Notes: a model not told the origin generated them from the letters alone. A DNA stretch of 32,000 nucleotides from Pyrobaculum calidifontis JCM 11548 (GCF_000015805.1 NC_009073.1:900001-932000), one strand, 5' to 3'; positions 1 to 8,450 are shown, numbered from the stretch's first letter. Numbers and translations are program-made.

Positions 1-194
1 CTGTCTAAACACGACTTGGCGTTAAAACTCTCGCGGGCCACAGCCCTCCTCACGCGCTCAATGGCTTTTTCCACCATATCTCTGTCGTCAAGCACGCTCT
101 CTAATACGTACCCCCTTTTGGCCAAATAAGACGCAGACCTGTTTAAAAAGGGGAAGTAGCAGGCAAATACGTCGGCAGAAATATCGCAAGACAC
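1..194 (-). CDS. Hypothetical protein, C-terminal part cut by the window edge
   Basis: A minus-strand frame stays open to the left edge. An in-frame GTG at 194-192 lies 24 nt from the centre of the TATA-like CTTTAAAAG (214-222), and a stop sits just upstream at 218-216. The translation VSCDISADVFACYFPFLNRSASYLAKRGYVLESVLDDRDMVEKAIERVRRAVARESF has no motif I recognise. Confidence 0.4.
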   Translation of the reverse strand, partial: MSCDISADVFACYFPFLNRSASYLAKRGYVLESVLDDRDMVEKAIERVRRAVARESFNAKSCLD

Positions 195-224
195 GTCTCT
201 TACCCCGCTACGGCTTTAAAAGCT

Positions 225-1295
225 CTAGTCATGTATTACCGACATGTCTAACTTGGGGCTAAGCTCTTGGTATTTCCCGCCTGTGGCTTTCGCAATCTGT
301 TTCAACAAGTCGCTTTTCTCAACCGCCACGGCGTGGAGTCTCTTGAACTTTTTCACGAGACTCCAAGTTTTTTCAACGTCGGCGGTTCTCCCATCAGTTA
401 TCAACACCGCCTCTCTAACGCCGTAGCTGTAGAGCACCTCTAGGGCAGACGCAAGCTCGGTGCCGCCCCCGGCGTATACGTACTCGAGAATTTCGAGCAT
501 CTCCCTAAGATACTTATGAACCTCGTAGGGAGTCCACATAAAGTCGGCGTCGACGTTGAAGAGCAACAACGAGACGCGGCCTCTGAGACTTGCCATCTGA
601 CGCAAGTACCTCGCCACGGCGTTCTTGGCGACTCTAAGCTTCACGTCGCCCCACATGTACTCCTTCATGCTCCCCGAGACGTCAAGCGCTATGTACACCG
701 GCTTATCCGCCGTCCTTGAATACTCCCTTACGAATATGTCGAAGTCGGAAATCGGCATATTCATGACGAGCTTTCTTCTAAAAGCCGTGGCCGTCCTTAT
801 CAGATCTACATCGGCGAAAGGCGTGCCGGGTATATAGCCTCGCAGAGACTTCACGGCGCCCCGCACGTGCCACCCCTCGCCTCTACCCACGACTCTGCTA
901 TACGAGCGCAAAATTCTGTCCCTAGGAAGGCCCAGCCTCCTAACTACCTCAAGCTTTACCCTGGGCGTGGCGTCCACTGGGACGTGTCTATTAACCAAGT
1001 GGGCAAGCGTAGGCGCCTTCTCGTCGCCCACCGAGCCTATGGCTAGCGTGGGCGCGCCTTCGCGCAACTTCGGGCGACACGTTATAGCTTCTCTTATAAC
1101 CTCCTTCGCCGCAGAGGGGCTCATCTTAAGCGTGCCCGCCAAATTCTGTGCAAGTATTTCAAGAACTTTTTCCCAGTCCACGTCGCCGAGCTCTGCCCGT
1201 ACATAGACGTCCTCAATGCCGTATATAAGACTGCGTATGGAGAGGCCCCCGAGGCAGGAGTATACAGCCGCTAAGAGCTCTACTAAGTCATTCAT
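225..1295 (-). CDS. von Willebrand factor A (VWA) domain protein, partner of the MoxR ATPase
   Basis: The C-terminal half has a MIDAS motif (YIALDVSGSMKE, i.e. DxSxS) and a later LITDG motif. The N-terminal ~190 aa are unassigned. The ATG at 1295 overlaps the moxR stop (AAATGAATGA), suggesting translational coupling. The ORF track instead starts at a TTG at 1310. Confidence 0.8.
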   Translation of the reverse strand: MNDLVELLAAVYSCLGGLSIRSLIYGIEDVYVRAELGDVDWEKVLEILAQNLAGTLKMSPSAAKEVIREAITCRPKLREGAPTLAIGSVGDEKAPTLAHLVNRHVPVDATPRVKLEVVRRLGLPRDRILRSYSRVVGRGEGWHVRGAVKSLRGYIPGTPFADVDLIRTATAFRRKLVMNMPISDFDIFVREYSRTADKPVYIALDVSGSMKEYMWGDVKLRVAKNAVARYLRQMASLRGRVSLLLFNVDADFMWTPYEVHKYLREMLEILEYVYAGGGTELASALEVLYSYGVREAVLITDGRTADVEKTWSLVKKFKRLHAVAVEKSDLLKQIAKATGGKYQELSPKLDMSVIHD

Positions 1296-2211
1296 TTGCC
1301 GCTCTGTCAAATATCTTTAGCAACGCCTCCTTGGTCTCGGAGTCGAAGGGCAAGTTGTTGACCAAGCTCCTCTTCAAGTCCCTAAGCTCAACCTCCCTCC
1401 TCTGCGCCCACGCAAGTGCCGAAGCGTCGGCCAAGGCATAGCTAAGCGATCTCACAGACTGCGGATACCCGGCCTTCTTCGCCTCGTGGGCAAACTTAGA
1501 CAGAATCTCGGCAAGCTTGGAGGGTATGTCCACCTCTAAGTCTCCCAAGGCCTCTCTCGCCTTCCACAGAAGGATGCTCTTTAGGAGCTCCCTGTCCGGC
1601 ATCTTAACTTCTACAAACTTAAGTCTGTCCGCCAACGCCTCCGATAGCTCGTACACACCCTCGTACTCGCTGGGGTTTGCCGTGCCTATCAAGACAAAGT
1701 CCGTCCTAATCCTGTACCCCCTGATGTACACATAGTGCTCTTGTATTGCCTGTAGCAGTGCCGCCTGTGCGTAGGGGTTCAGCCTGTTGAGCTCGTCCAT
1801 TATTAACACGGTGCCATGCGCCATGACAAGCGGCCCAGGGATGTACGAGAGGGGGTGGTCGAGCCCGGCTTGAAGAGCCACCGCTATGTCGATATCTCCT
1901 GTCAAGTCAACTGCGGTCATGTGGGAGTGGCATGCCACCTCAATGTACGGAGGGTCGCCCAGCGCCAGAGTCTCGGCGACGGCCTCCGCCAAGGTGGTCT
2001 TTCCCAGGCCCACTGGCCCCACTAAGACGACGGGCCGGCCGATCATCATGCCGCTTAACACGTCCAGTAAAACGTCGTCGAGTCCCTTAAGCACGCCTCC
2101 AATTCTCCTTCTTATCTCATCCACGCCCATTTTCTTGACTCTCTCCCTCACTAATCTCGGCATGTCGATGGGCTTCCTCTGTAGAAGTTCAGAAAGTCGC
2201 ACGTAAGGCAC
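1288..2211 (-). CDS. MoxR-like AAA+ ATPase
   Basis: Walker A is VLVGPVGLGKTTLAEAV. Walker B with the MoxR signature is LIMDELNRLNPYAQAALLQAIQE. The gene lies immediately upstream of, and overlaps, the VWA gene, which is the classic MoxR-VWA pairing. The start may be the GTG at 2202, given the TATA at 2222-2229. Confidence 0.85.
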   Translation of the reverse strand: MPYVRLSELLQRKPIDMPRLVRERVKKMGVDEIRRRIGGVLKGLDDVLLDVLSGMMIGRPVVLVGPVGLGKTTLAEAVAETLALGDPPYIEVACHSHMTAVDLTGDIDIAVALQAGLDHPLSYIPGPLVMAHGTVLIMDELNRLNPYAQAALLQAIQEHYVYIRGYRIRTDFVLIGTANPSEYEGVYELSEALADRLKFVEVKMPDRELLKSILLWKAREALGDLEVDIPSKLAEILSKFAHEAKKAGYPQSVRSLSYALADASALAWAQRREVELRDLKRSLVNNLPFDSETKEALLKIFDRAANE

Positions 2212-2245
2212 GGCGAGTCAGTTTAAAAATTCAGCCCTCTACAGG

Positions 2246-2253
2246 TTTATAAA
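2246..2253 (+). promoter_or_regulatory. TATA box for the clp1-like gene (leaderless)
   Basis: The centre of TTTATAAA lies 24 nt upstream of ATG 2274. Confidence 0.55.
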
Positions 2254-2273
2254 CGCGTAGGCGAGTTTCCCAA

Positions 2274-3560
2274 ATGTCAATCCGCGTCATGAGGAGCGGC
2301 GACGTATATCGCATAGAGGGGCCTGCCAAGGTTGTAGTAAAACGCGGCCGCGTATATGCCACAGGCGTCGTATACTCCGAGGGGCAGAGCTTCACAGTGC
2401 TTAGGGCTAGAAAACTCGTCATAAAGGCGGTGGAGGACTCGGAAGTGGAACTCGTGCTTGGCCCCGGCGCCCTTCTGGAAAAGACAAGCCCGGGGGAGGA
2501 GGTCATCGACATCTGGGAGAAAAGCGTGGCGGAGATGGACTTGAGGGGTATTATACTGATTATCGGCGTAATGGACGTGGGCAAATCTACCTTGGCCGCT
2601 CTGTTGGGCAACAAGGCCCTGTCTCAGGGGCATAGGGTGGCCATAATAGACGCCGACGTTGGTCAAAACGACTTGGGCCCCCCGACCACGATATCTCTGG
2701 CGAGGCTCGACAAGTACATAACGCATTTGAGGCAGTTAACTGCTGAAAAGAGCATATTTCTACAGGCCACGAGTCTTGAGCGCATATGGCCTAGGGCCGT
2801 TAAACAGATCTACAAGGCCGCGAGGTATGCGCTAGAGGTCTGGAAGGCTGACACAGTGGTCATAAACACCGATGGGTGGATCTTAGACGAGGAGGCGGTG
2901 GCGTTTAAGCGTAGACTTATCGAGGAGATAAAGCCGTCGCTAATAGTGGGAATACAGGTGGAGAACGAGCTACTCCCCATTGTAAAAGGTTACTCAAACG
3001 TCTTGTTGCTACCGCCGCCTCCCCACGTCAGAGCCAAGTCTAGGGAGGATAGGAAGATACATAGGGAGATGGGGTACGGGAGGTACATCTTTCCCCCAGT
3101 AGAGCTGGCCGTGCCGCTGGATAAAATACCTATTTGCAACCTCCCCCTCTTCAAAGGCGTTGAGATAGGCGACGAGTTGAAGAGAATGCTTGCGAAAACC
3201 CTCGGCGTGCCGGTTGTCAGAGCCTATCAAGTGGGCGAGAGGGTCTACGCACTAGTTCAAAACGACGCGTGGCTTATGAAAAAGGTTGGCGGTTTTCAAG
3301 TGGTCTGTATGCCGCTGGAGTTTGAAAAGGGCCTCTTAGTGGGGCTTGAAGACGGCGAAGGATTTCTAGTGGGGCTCGGTGTCATGAAAAAGATATACTA
3401 CGACAAGAGAAAGGCTGTTCTATATACGTCAAGTGACGTAGAGAAGAGGCTAGGCGAGGTGAAGTGTATACGACTAGGCCTCATAAGGCTTGACGAGAAC
3501 TTCAACGAAGTGGAGAAAGTCGCAAGCCTTCTCAAGGTCGAGCACGCACCGCACCTATAA
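2274..3560 (+). CDS. Clp1/Grc3-family polynucleotide 5'-hydroxyl kinase
   Basis: ILIIGVMDVGKSTLAALLGNKALSQGHRVAIIDADVGQNDLGPPTTISLA matches the Clp1 P-loop plus DxDVGQ motif (compare human Clp1 GPTDVGKST...ELDVGQ). The ATG lies 24 nt from the TATA TTTATAAA. Confidence 0.85.
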   Translation: MSIRVMRSGDVYRIEGPAKVVVKRGRVYATGVVYSEGQSFTVLRARKLVIKAVEDSEVELVLGPGALLEKTSPGEEVIDIWEKSVAEMDLRGIILIIGVMDVGKSTLAALLGNKALSQGHRVAIIDADVGQNDLGPPTTISLARLDKYITHLRQLTAEKSIFLQATSLERIWPRAVKQIYKAARYALEVWKADTVVINTDGWILDEEAVAFKRRLIEEIKPSLIVGIQVENELLPIVKGYSNVLLLPPPPHVRAKSREDRKIHREMGYGRYIFPPVELAVPLDKIPICNLPLFKGVEIGDELKRMLAKTLGVPVVRAYQVGERVYALVQNDAWLMKKVGGFQVVCMPLEFEKGLLVGLEDGEGFLVGLGVMKKIYYDKRKAVLYTSSDVEKRLGEVKCIRLGLIRLDENFNEVEKVASLLKVEHAPHL

Positions 3561-3639
3561 GTATAAAAAGTGGCACTCCTCATTGGTCGATGTGCGGTGC
3601 GGGCAGCGCCTGAGCAGTGATGATCTCATCTCACGCGAA

Positions 3640-4410
3640 TTATGGCGTTGCCTCTGTGATATCGGCAAGTGTCCCTAGGTAGGTCAAGTCCGATAGATAT
3701 ACCTCCACTTTCTCCGGGTTAAGCTCGACGTATTTTAGAAAAGTCCGGCCTTCAGACGCTAGGGTCTGTAGCTCTCTTACATCGACGCCGGTTATGAGGG
3801 GGTGGGCGGCGGGTAACACCACGACCTTCAGCTCTCCACGTCGTCTGCAAGGCTCGTCGTACAGAGCCTTGCAGAGCTTAGAGCGACGCGCATATATCTT
3901 CAGCACTGCGGGCTCCTTAGCCGCGTAGCCCACCTCGTCTCTTATAACCACGGCGGGGTGTGTATGCCCCATTACCACAACGTCCGCCCTTTCGAGGTCT
4001 GACTTAAGAGGTTTTACATGCCCATGGAAGAGGAGAAATCTCCCAATTAAGACGCCGCGCGCAGACGCCACTTCAACGCCCTCTATTCCCGCCGCAATCT
4101 CTTGCAGTAGAGAGTCGTGGTTGCCTGGGATAAGCAAAACGGGCACCTTCTTTGCCAAGGTCTTGAGAAAGGCCTTTACCTCATCCACACTCTCCCTAGG
4201 CACGGGGAGCTCGTGTTTAACGTCGCCAAGTATGGCGACCATAGTAGCGTTTTGCGAATCCACTAGCTCTAGCACAGAGTTGGCAAGCTTCGCGGTTTGG
4301 CTAACCACATTTATCCCCCTCTCCCTCCTTAGCTCAACCTCGTAGCCCACGTGAGTATCCGCTAGCAGCAATATCCTCTCGCCGCGGTGTTGTAGCAGAA
4401 TTCCGCGCAC
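3640..4410 (-). CDS. Calcineurin-like metallophosphoesterase
   Basis: The full metallophosphoesterase motif set is present: LLLADTHVG (DxH), ILGDVKHE (GD), IPGNHD (GNHD/E), FHGH, and GHTHP (GHxH). Confidence 0.8.
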   Translation of the reverse strand: MRGILLQHRGERILLLADTHVGYEVELRRERGINVVSQTAKLANSVLELVDSQNATMVAILGDVKHELPVPRESVDEVKAFLKTLAKKVPVLLIPGNHDSLLQEIAAGIEGVEVASARGVLIGRFLLFHGHVKPLKSDLERADVVVMGHTHPAVVIRDEVGYAAKEPAVLKIYARRSKLCKALYDEPCRRRGELKVVVLPAAHPLITGVDVRELQTLASEGRTFLKYVELNPEKVEVYLSDLTYLGTLADITEATP

Positions 4411-4426
4411 TGAGAGGCATACGACT

Positions 4427-4960
4427 TCAGAATTTATTTTTTAGAAGCAGATCCACGGCGGCCTCCGCCATGGCGAGCGTGGCAGGCGACTTGACGCGGA
4501 AAGGCGGAACGCCCACCGCCCTGTGGACGGCCAACTTTTCGTCAAAAGGCACGACGTATACGTCCCCAAACCTCTTATACGCCTTTACAAAAACCTCGCC
4601 CGGCTTTCTAAATACTTTGTTCAAAATAACGCCATAGACCTCGCCCCTAACCGCGGCGTGGAGACGTTCCACAGATCCCAAGGTCTCAAAATCCTCATCT
4701 ACGACGTAGATAAGCGCCTTGCATTTAGACAGAATTTTCACAAACAGCACGTCGTCGAGACGAAAGGCGGGCAAGTCAACGAGGTAGAAGCCGGCGGCGG
4801 AGGCCGTCTTGGCGACGCGCACAGGCACGCCAAGAGACCTCCACACATATGCGGCAACGGCGGCGAAGGTGGTCTTCCCAGTCCCACCTTTACTTCCCGA
4901 CGTTATACAGATCACGTTAGGTGTGGCATATAAAGCTCCTATAGCGGCTTTTAATGGCAC
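4427..4960 (-). CDS. Small MinD/ParA-type P-loop ATPase (CobQ/CobB/MinD/ParA nucleotide-binding fold)
   Basis: A deviant Walker A is present (ITSGSKGGTGKTTFAAVAA). The gene is 16 nt upstream of the phosphoesterase gene on the same strand, so probably co-transcribed. The start codon (GTG 4960) is uncertain. Confidence 0.7.
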   Translation of the reverse strand: MPLKAAIGALYATPNVICITSGSKGGTGKTTFAAVAAYVWRSLGVPVRVAKTASAAGFYLVDLPAFRLDDVLFVKILSKCKALIYVVDEDFETLGSVERLHAAVRGEVYGVILNKVFRKPGEVFVKAYKRFGDVYVVPFDEKLAVHRAVGVPPFRVKSPATLAMAEAAVDLLLKNKF

Positions 4961-5061
4961 GGAGTTATGTGATAAAGAAAGCTTTCCTAAACGGCGAGAT
5001 AGATCTCCGCGAATACGTTGCCCTATACCGCCTCAAGAGGAGAAACGTGGTGGCCTATTGG

Positions 5062-5583
5062 CTAAAGTTGGTGGTGTGGCTCCTTAGAGCAAAACTCCTG
5101 GGCTTTTCTCTTGTCGCGTAGCACCAATCTGTATCCGTCTTCTCCGTCGCTATAGTAGGCGGGTAGCCTCTCCTTGACTTCAAACCCGGCGCTTTTGTAC
5201 AGACGGAGGGCTGGCTCGTTGGTTACTCTCACCTCTAGAAAGACCTCAGACACCTGCCCCTCCGTTAGCAGCTTCAGCGCGGTGCACAGCAATGCGGCTC
5301 CAACGCCCCTTTGCCGGTGTTCGGGGTGCACTGCGATGGATATCACATGGGCCGCGTTGTCCTCTATACATGTGATAATGTAGCCCACTACGTCTCCGTT
5401 TGACACGTACACATAGGAATGGTCGGAGCAAAATGAGCACAAGAATTTCAGTAGCTCAACGCTGTAGATATCGTCGGGCTTAAACGACAGTTTCTCTATG
5501 CCGTAGATCTCTTCCACGTCTGGGGGGGAGCACTTCCTAAGCACGCTGGTTTTATCTACTGTAAATAAATTGTCCACCTCCAC
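5062..5583 (-). CDS. GNAT N-acetyltransferase, RimI/Ard1-like
   Basis: The acetyl-CoA motif is HPEHRQRGVGAALL (Q/RxxGxG/A). The overall pattern is RimI-like (DVEEIYGIEKLSF ... AAHVISIAV ... LEVRVTNEPALRLYKSAGF). Promoter geometry favours a real start at the in-frame GTG at 5544. Confidence 0.8.
   Translation of the reverse strand: MEVDNLFTVDKTSVLRKCSPPDVEEIYGIEKLSFKPDDIYSVELLKFLCSFCSDHSYVYVSNGDVVGYIITCIEDNAAHVISIAVHPEHRQRGVGAALLCTALKLLTEGQVSEVFLEVRVTNEPALRLYKSAGFEVKERLPAYYSDGEDGYRLVLRDKRKAQEFCSKEPHHQL
5562..5571. promoter_or_regulatory. Shared AT-rich TATA element between the divergent GNAT and large ATPase genes
   Basis: TAAATAAATT lies ~26 nt from GTG 5592 (+) and ~22 nt from the in-frame GTG 5544 (-). 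Confidence 0.45.
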
Positions 5584-5591
5584 GTTTTAAC

Positions 5592-8450
5592 GTGTACGCC
5601 TTTGTGGACTTGCCGTTTAGTCCCAGTGGGGTTACTCACCTAGTTAGACTTCACAAGTCCACGGGCCTTGAGAGAGAGCTTAGGGAGGCCCTTGAGGTGT
5701 TGGAGGCGGCCAAGAGGGGCAATAACAATGTGTTGGCGGTGGTAGTCGCGCCGTATGGCTACGGCAAATCTGAGTTGTTGGACGAGCTTGAGGAGGTGGC
5801 CAAGAGGGAGGGGTTCAGAGTGGTGCGCACTGCGTTGACTCTTGATCAAGGCCTTGCCATAGACTTGGCGTCTAAAAAGCGCGACGAGCCCATGCTAGTC
5901 CTCATCGACGAGGCTGACGAGATTTCGCGCATGGCTATTGTCCACAAACTCGGCGCGCTTAGCGACGAGAGGTTTATGAAGATAGTTCAAAACGTGGCCA
6001 CGCTTATAAGGGCGTTGCTAGAGCCGCGCTCCTACCGCCACATACTCGGCGAACCTGAGCGGTTTAACAAGGTCGCCATAATAATAGCGCTCACGCCCCA
6101 GCTATACTACACGATATTGAAAAACGTAGTTCCAGACGTCTTTGACTTAACCACGGGCCGTGTCTACAAAGAAATAGCGCTGGACACTAGATACCCATTT
6201 TGGCAATACGTTGAGACCGTTAGACAGAGGCTATACGCCTACTCTACGCCGGAGAGGAGGCGGAAGATAGAGTCAGGCGAGTTAAACCCGCTCAGTCCCT
6301 TCACTCTGGCCGAGCTGGCGGCGTTATACCACTTGGCGAAGAGGAAGGGGGAGACGGCGCCGCGCCACTTAATGAAGCTGACGGCCAGGCTTTTTCAATA
6401 CAAGGCAGAGGGGCGCAGGCTTGCCCACCTCTTAAGAGAGGAGGGCATAAGCCCAGAGGTAGACGACAGAGTGCTAGAGCTGGCCTTCGCTGGTGTGCCT
6501 CACGACGATGAGACCCTTAGGGCCGCGTCTAGGGAGGTCTACGTGTACAAGATACCTTACGACGAGAAAGAGGCCTTGGACATTGCTAGAGAGCAAATAG
6601 CCCTCAGAGGAGGCTCCCTAGACATAAAAGATGTAAAAAACATATCCTACGAGCCGTACCTCTACTACTCATTGGTAGAAGGGGGGAAGTTGTACATATA
6701 TTTACTCTCAGACGAGGAAGTGGTTGAGTTAAATAGATATTTTATTGGTAAAAAACTTATTATATCAAGCGATGTTGCAAAAATTATAGTCGGCGAAGAT
6801 CAATTGGCCTCAGCAGCTTTTGCCAAACAGTATATGCAGAAGTTGGAGAACCCGGCGTATCTCCTAGAGGAGGTAGAGCGCGCTCTTGAAATCTCCGGCA
6901 TAAGACTGAGGAGCTGTTGCGGATACGCAGTCTGGGACAACAACATGGGCTTTAGAGAGGCGTACATCTTCATGTACATAAGCAGAGAAGATGAGTTGAG
7001 AAATGCGGCTAAGGCTCTGGCGGACGTCGTGGCGCAGGGGTCCATAGGCGGATACGTCGTGGACTACTTTGCCCTCTTCGTCGCCAGTCCAATACTGCTC
7101 ACAGAAACCGTGGAGAGGGCCTTTGCCCCAATTTTCTCCGCGTATTGGAAGAGGTTCTACCCCGTCAAGGCGTTAGACTTTGCAATTGTTCAGGTATATG
7201 GGGCGGACAAGTTTGAGAAATTGAAGCAGGAGCTTGTGAGATATGCCGTAGACAAAGTCTTAAGGCGCGATGCCAAGCCGCCGAGCTTTGTAGACGCAGT
7301 GCGGCTTGGCAGAGAGAAGGCGCGTGAAAAGACGTTGAGGTATACGCTGGCCCTTAGGAAGGGCAAAGAGAAGAAGCTCGTTGTCTTGGTAAAAGTGGCT
7401 GAGGCCCTAGACGAGGGTCTAGAGGTTGAGGGCTTGAAGGCGTATCGCGAGATAGAGGAGATAATTCTCAAGGCATTTGACGCGTCTATTCACGAGAGGG
7501 AGCTTAAGTCGCTCATAGCTACACTGTTTCCAACTAATTTGTGGAGAGAGATTAAGGAGGACGACGTCATTGAGTTAATGAAGCTGAGGGGCGTATTAGT
7601 CCCCGTAGGTGACCTCTTATACAAATATAGAGAGGACTTGGCCAAGCGCCACGTACAAGAGCTTTTATCACAACTAGAGTCTCTGGGCGAGATATTCATT
7701 GAGAGACAGACGCCTCTTGGCCCCGTGAGAGTACGTAAGAGGCTCGACATCGGCAAGGGAGAATACAGCTTCCGCGACCAGAAGGAGTATGGCAAAGTCG
7801 TAAGAGAGCTCACTCTCAAGCTGGCCGCCGCGAGAGAAAGCCATGAAAAGAATAAAAGGGAGGCCGAGGCAGAGGTAGAAGAGAGGGTAAAACTTGTTAA
7901 AAGACTCGCCGCGGTTGTGGAAAAGTTCCCCATGAGGGCAAAGATGATAGAATTAGACAAGCTGGACGAGCAGATAGTCAAAAGAGAGGAGGCCATTCTT
8001 CAAAAGGCCAGTGAGATAATGAGGATTTGGGAGAGCGCTAGACACATAGCTCAAGCCGTCGGCTCTGCCCTAGACGTAGAGAGAGACCTCTCGCTTTTGT
8101 TAGAGCTTCCAGAGCCCTGGCTAGACGACTACGCCGCCCATTTGAAGCTCTATGTGGCCGAGCTAGAAAAGAAGTATGAAAAAATGCGGGAAGAGGAGAG
8201 GGCTAGGAAGACGGTGCAGGAATGGCTGAGGGAAAAGTTCGGCGTCTCAGAGCTGGACTTGTTGCCAGAAGTTGCTAAAAGACTTGGTGTAGATGCAAGA
8301 CTGTTGGAGGCTGTGGCCCGCAGAGGTAGAGGGGCGCATTTGACAATAGAGGAGTTGGCAGAGGAGACTGGGTTAGACAAGTCGCTGGTTGAAGAGGGTT
8401 TGGAGAAGTTATACAGAGCGGGGGTTGTGGAGAAGAGGTATGTCGCTTAA
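5592..8450 (+). CDS. Large P-loop NTPase (ORC/STAND/archaeal-ATPase-like N-terminus) with long C-terminal coiled coil and terminal wHTH; function unknown
   Basis: Walker A is VVAPYGYGKSELL (aa 51-63) and Walker B is LVLIDEADE (aa 102-110). The upstream LERELREALEVLEAA resembles the GRExEL lead-in of archaeal ATPases. Residues ~690-900 are heptad-like and E/K/R-rich. The last ~36 aa (LTIEELAEETGLDKSLVEEGLEKLYRAGVVEKRYVA) look like a winged helix. A GTG start lies 26 nt from the TATA at 5562-5571. Confidence 0.6.
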   Translation: MYAFVDLPFSPSGVTHLVRLHKSTGLERELREALEVLEAAKRGNNNVLAVVVAPYGYGKSELLDELEEVAKREGFRVVRTALTLDQGLAIDLASKKRDEPMLVLIDEADEISRMAIVHKLGALSDERFMKIVQNVATLIRALLEPRSYRHILGEPERFNKVAIIIALTPQLYYTILKNVVPDVFDLTTGRVYKEIALDTRYPFWQYVETVRQRLYAYSTPERRRKIESGELNPLSPFTLAELAALYHLAKRKGETAPRHLMKLTARLFQYKAEGRRLAHLLREEGISPEVDDRVLELAFAGVPHDDETLRAASREVYVYKIPYDEKEALDIAREQIALRGGSLDIKDVKNISYEPYLYYSLVEGGKLYIYLLSDEEVVELNRYFIGKKLIISSDVAKIIVGEDQLASAAFAKQYMQKLENPAYLLEEVERALEISGIRLRSCCGYAVWDNNMGFREAYIFMYISREDELRNAAKALADVVAQGSIGGYVVDYFALFVASPILLTETVERAFAPIFSAYWKRFYPVKALDFAIVQVYGADKFEKLKQELVRYAVDKVLRRDAKPPSFVDAVRLGREKAREKTLRYTLALRKGKEKKLVVLVKVAEALDEGLEVEGLKAYREIEEIILKAFDASIHERELKSLIATLFPTNLWREIKEDDVIELMKLRGVLVPVGDLLYKYREDLAKRHVQELLSQLESLGEIFIERQTPLGPVRVRKRLDIGKGEYSFRDQKEYGKVVRELTLKLAAARESHEKNKREAEAEVEERVKLVKRLAAVVEKFPMRAKMIELDKLDEQIVKREEAILQKASEIMRIWESARHIAQAVGSALDVERDLSLLLELPEPWLDDYAAHLKLYVAELEKKYEKMREEERARKTVQEWLREKFGVSELDLLPEVAKRLGVDARLLEAVARRGRGAHLTIEELAEETGLDKSLVEEGLEKLYRAGVVEKRYVA

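Noticed and set aside
2-13. The 12-mer TGTCTAAACACG, shared with 14063-14074.
   Set aside because: In a 32-kb window, tens of 12-mer coincidences are expected by chance. The similarity does not extend on either side.
244-426. A 60-aa plus-strand ORF whose ATG lies ~25 nt downstream of the CTTTAAAAG box.
   Set aside because: It is entirely antisense to the well-supported VWA gene. Its translation is S/L/F/T-rich, typical of a mirror frame. The TATA box is better explained as the promoter of the minus-strand partial ORF (GTG 194). At most it marks an antisense transcript, not a protein.
2043-2049. A perfect C-box string AUGAUGA on the minus strand.
   Set aside because: It lies inside the moxR coding sequence (codons for GMMIG). 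No CUGA D box lies at a suitable distance downstream.
3490-3678. A 62-aa plus-strand ORF bridging the clp1-like 3' end and the intergenic hairpin.
   Set aside because: It starts inside the clp1-like gene in another frame. It is basic and low-complexity. The region is better explained by the hairpin/candidate sRNA or a terminator.
6800-8380. Several minus-strand ORFs (6800-7045, 7190-7471, 7490-7996, 8150-8380) inside the large NTPase gene.
   Set aside because: Their translations are Ser/Leu/Thr-rich and low-complexity. That is the expected antisense image of an E/K/R-rich coiled-coil coding region. They have no motifs and no promoter geometry.
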